A stretch of DNA of 28,553 bases from a virus. Its lineage: Duplodnaviria; Caudoviricetes. The stretch spans positions 1 to 28,553 of IMG/VR virus record IMGVR_UViG_3300043446_001720; one strand, given 5' to 3'. Both the position numbers and the translations under genes were made by a program. This document shows, piece by piece, positions 26,337 through 28,553 of this stretch; the first letter of the stretch is position 1; every line of letters begins with the position of its first letter. The notes beneath the pieces were generated by a model that saw nothing but the letters and a program-made list of their open reading frames with translations, was not told where the DNA came from and did not search any database.

Positions 26337-27731
26337 TTAGTCGCCGTATGCCATCAGGGTACCTGAAACAATTGCCTCAGTTCCTGTAGCTGTTGGTGTT
26401 GCTAGTAGACGGAACTGATTATTTACTGAATCGTAATCAACAGTAATGTCTGCAATGTTTCCGTTAGTACCAACAATACCATATTCTGTAATTGCAAGGT
26501 TCTTATTGATATCTGCAGTTACAAGAATTTCTGATACTTGTGAGTGGTTTCCGCTTCTAGTTCTAACAATAAACTTAGCTGATCCATAGTTTGTTGACCA
26601 TGCGTAAATTGCTGCAGTTTCAATGTTAGCGATGTATGCGTATGAACCAACCTGTCTGGTAGCCCAGGTAACATCTATCTCTTTATAGGTAGGAGTTGCA
26701 TTCGAATTACCATTTGCAATTGCAGTATCTGTGTATGTGTTTGCATTTGCTTCTGCTGCGTTAGCCTTTGTAGTAGCATCTGTCGCTGCAGTAGAAATTG
26801 CATCCGAAACTTCTGCATCCACATATGTAGTATCAGCCTTTGTTGCAACCAAGTTAGCAACATCTGTTGCATAGTTTGGATTGTCAGCAATTGCTGCAGC
26901 CAACTCATTAAGAGTATCTAGAAGTGCTGGTGCACCATCTACAAGTGCTGCAACTTCCTGATCTGTATAAGCCTTAGAATCTGTAAGTGCTTGATCTGCT
27001 GCACCTAGTGCATCATATGTACCAGCAAGGTTAAGATTTGTAATTGCTGTTGAAATTGCTGAGTTACGATCTGTAACCTCTGTAGAAATTGCAGAAGAAA
27101 TTGCAGAAGAAATTGCAGAGTTGCGGTCAAGAACTTCTTGAGAAACTGCATTGTCTGTGTAAGAGTTTGCTGCTGCTTCAGCAGCGTCTGCTGAACCTGC
27201 TGCATCGTAATTTACTGCAAGACCATCTGCATACGACTTAGCGTTATTCTCTGCGGCGGAAGCGGCGGTGTCTGCATACGATGTAGCATTGTTGTATGCT
27301 CCCTGTGCAGAACCTGCTGGATCGTAGTTTGATGCAAGTGAGTCTGCGTAGTTCTCTGCAGTTGTGATTGCAGAACTTACTTCACTATTGGTGTAGTTGT
27401 TTGCACTGTTTAGTGCATCTTGTGCAGATCCTGCTTCATCCCAAAGACCAGTATTAGCGTCAATTGCTCTCTGATTTGTAAAGTAAAGGTTTGTACCCTC
27501 TTCAATGTCACTTGTTGTAAGTGCGTTTATTGCTGTAGAAACAGCAGTTGCTATATCTCCACCAACTGCATCTAGTGCTCGTTGATTTGTAAAGTAAAGG
27601 TTTGTAGTACCTTCCTGCAGATTGTCAGTTGAGTTTGCGGTAGTTAGAATATCATTACCATTGATAGTACCTGTGGTACCCTCAACTACTAGACCACTTT
27701 TAATTTTAAAGTTTTTGTCTACTGTTGCCAT
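26337..27731 (-). CDS. Fibre/appendage-like structural protein (464 aa)
   Basis: AAGGAGA RBS; 2x EGT(T)NLYFTNQRA; repeated YDxAGxA; APALLDTLNELAAAI; C-terminal YGSAKFIV...SEILV...TEYG beta domain. Confidence 0.7.
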   Translation of the reverse strand: MATVDKNFKIKSGLVVEGTTGTINGNDILTTANSTDNLQEGTTNLYFTNQRALDAVGGDIATAVSTAINALTTSDIEEGTNLYFTNQRAIDANTGLWDEAGSAQDALNSANNYTNSEVSSAITTAENYADSLASNYDPAGSAQGAYNNATSYADTAASAAENNAKSYADGLAVNYDAAGSADAAEAAANSYTDNAVSQEVLDRNSAISSAISSAISTEVTDRNSAISTAITNLNLAGTYDALGAADQALTDSKAYTDQEVAALVDGAPALLDTLNELAAAIADNPNYATDVANLVATKADTTYVDAEVSDAISTAATDATTKANAAEANANTYTDTAIANGNSNATPTYKEIDVTWATRQVGSYAYIANIETAAIYAWSTNYGSAKFIVRTRSGNHSQVSEILVTADINKNLAITEYGIVGTNGNIADITVDYDSVNNQFRLLATPTATGTEAIVSGTLMAYGD

Positions 27732-27748
27732 TTTTATCTCCTTATAAG

Positions 27749-28192
27749 TTAAGCCTTAAGTCCCATACGAGCAAATCGTACAGTAACTGGCGCAATTTGT
27801 GGATCTGGTGTAACGGTTATACTAATTACTCCACTTTGATCCTTTGAGACATCAATGGTTCCAACATTCCCATCATTGTCCATAATACCGTATTCAGAAA
27901 CATTTAAATCATTTCCATCAATCAGTATTGAAATTTCTGTAGCATAGAATTTATTTAATCCTTCATGCTTAATTGAAACAATATACTTTACCCAACGCCA
28001 ATCAGATGCAATTACTGAATCTACAACTGTTGGGTTTTCAATTCCATATACAATATTTTCGTTATTGCCAGCTGTTCCTAGGTCTGTAGCCATAGACGAA
28101 GCTGTGTCTATGAGATCTGAATAGTCTTGCTCGGTAGGCTTATCTCCTGTTTGGAAACGTGCTTTTATATATGAGATTGGGGTAATAGCCAT
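27749..28192 (-). CDS. Hypothetical structural protein (147 aa)
   Basis: N-terminal FQTGDKPTEQDYSDLIDT; C-terminal WVKYIV...TEISI...SEYG domain similar to the C-terminus of 26337..27731. Confidence 0.7.
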   Translation of the reverse strand: MAITPISYIKARFQTGDKPTEQDYSDLIDTASSMATDLGTAGNNENIVYGIENPTVVDSVIASDWRWVKYIVSIKHEGLNKFYATEISILIDGNDLNVSEYGIMDNDGNVGTIDVSKDQSGVISITVTPDPQIAPVTVRFARMGLKA

Positions 28193-28198
28193 ATTAGT

Positions 28199-28207
28199 AT
28201 TATATCA
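28199..28207 (-). promoter_or_regulatory. Extended -10 promoter motif TGATATAAT, leaderless configuration
   Basis: TGATATAAT-ACTAAT-ATG (6-nt spacer, no Shine-Dalgarno). Confidence 0.6.
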
Positions 28208-28216
28208 TTATTTAGA

Positions 28217-28441
28217 TTATAATACGTAGTTGTTAAATCCGATAATAGCTATTCCGATAGGTGCTGGGTTATTTGCACTATACTCTTGCAATCCCAGATT
28301 ATATACCCGAATTCTAAAAGGTAAAATGTCTTTTACAATAGTTGAATATTTTGATTCTGATACTTTAGTTTTTGGATACTCATTATGCTTTGCCAGTTTG
28401 ACCACTGGATAATCTGATGTTTTAGCAATTGCTACTGGCAT
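28217..28441 (-). CDS. Hypothetical protein (74 aa)
   Basis: TAATG overlap with the upstream stop; same strand as all neighbours; fills the gap. Confidence 0.65.
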   Translation of the reverse strand: MPVAIAKTSDYPVVKLAKHNEYPKTKVSESKYSTIVKDILPFRIRVYNLGLQEYSANNPAPIGIAIIGFNNYVL

Positions 28442-28551
28442 TAGATTGTTACATCATCGATAACGATGAATGTTCCTCTCAGAACTGTCCAAATTCTTGT
28501 ATCGTCTGTGAGTTGTATATCAAATACATCCCCAGTTCTTATTGCTCTCGA
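28441..28551 (-). CDS. Partial CDS (3' end), beta-sandwich adaptor-like structural protein
   Basis: Reads ...SRAIRTGDVFDIQLTDDTRIWTVLRGTFIVIDDVTI-stop; the DIQL...LRG.F.V..DVT ending resembles BppU-N/LtfC-like Ig-type domains. The start is outside the window. Confidence 0.55.
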   Translation of the reverse strand, partial: SRAIRTGDVFDIQLTDDTRIWTVLRGTFIVIDDVTI

Positions 28552-28553
28552 TT

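Noticed and set aside
1-28553. tRNA, rRNA, integrase or terminase genes
   Set aside because: Intergenic gaps are all short and explained by promoters, terminators and RBSs; no matching motifs were recognised.

Overview
The window is the virion-morphogenesis region of a large, AT-rich tailed dsDNA phage (siphovirus-type), with every credible gene on the minus strand. In transcription order (right to left) it holds: a cluster of mosaic fibre/appendage-like genes (two with Mtd_N-like N-termini); an accessory cassette; a 1257-aa LamG-like protein; a small hypothetical; portal; protease-scaffold fusion; HK97-fold major capsid; head-tail joining genes; major tail protein; two paralogous tail-assembly-chaperone-like genes; and a tape measure ORF (>2160 aa) that runs off the left edge and is missing from the ORF track. 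No terminase, lysis, replication, RNA genes, CRISPR or mobile elements were seen. The most unusual element is the cassette at 20.0-22.6 kb. It encodes a protein of three FN3 domains, 20 F-x-F-x-P pentapeptide repeats and a C-terminal Hint (intein-like) domain predicted to cleave but not splice. It is followed by a 2OG-Fe(II) oxygenase-like gene, an unannotated 45-aa Cys/His microprotein and a terminator. This suggests a self-processing, possibly proline-hydroxylated virion peptide system. Also notable: chaperone G/GT apparently encoded by gene duplication rather than frameshift, eight extended -10 promoter motifs (four positioned for leaderless mRNAs, three directly behind terminators), and a nested scaffold start. 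All family assignments come from motif recognition by eye, not database searches.
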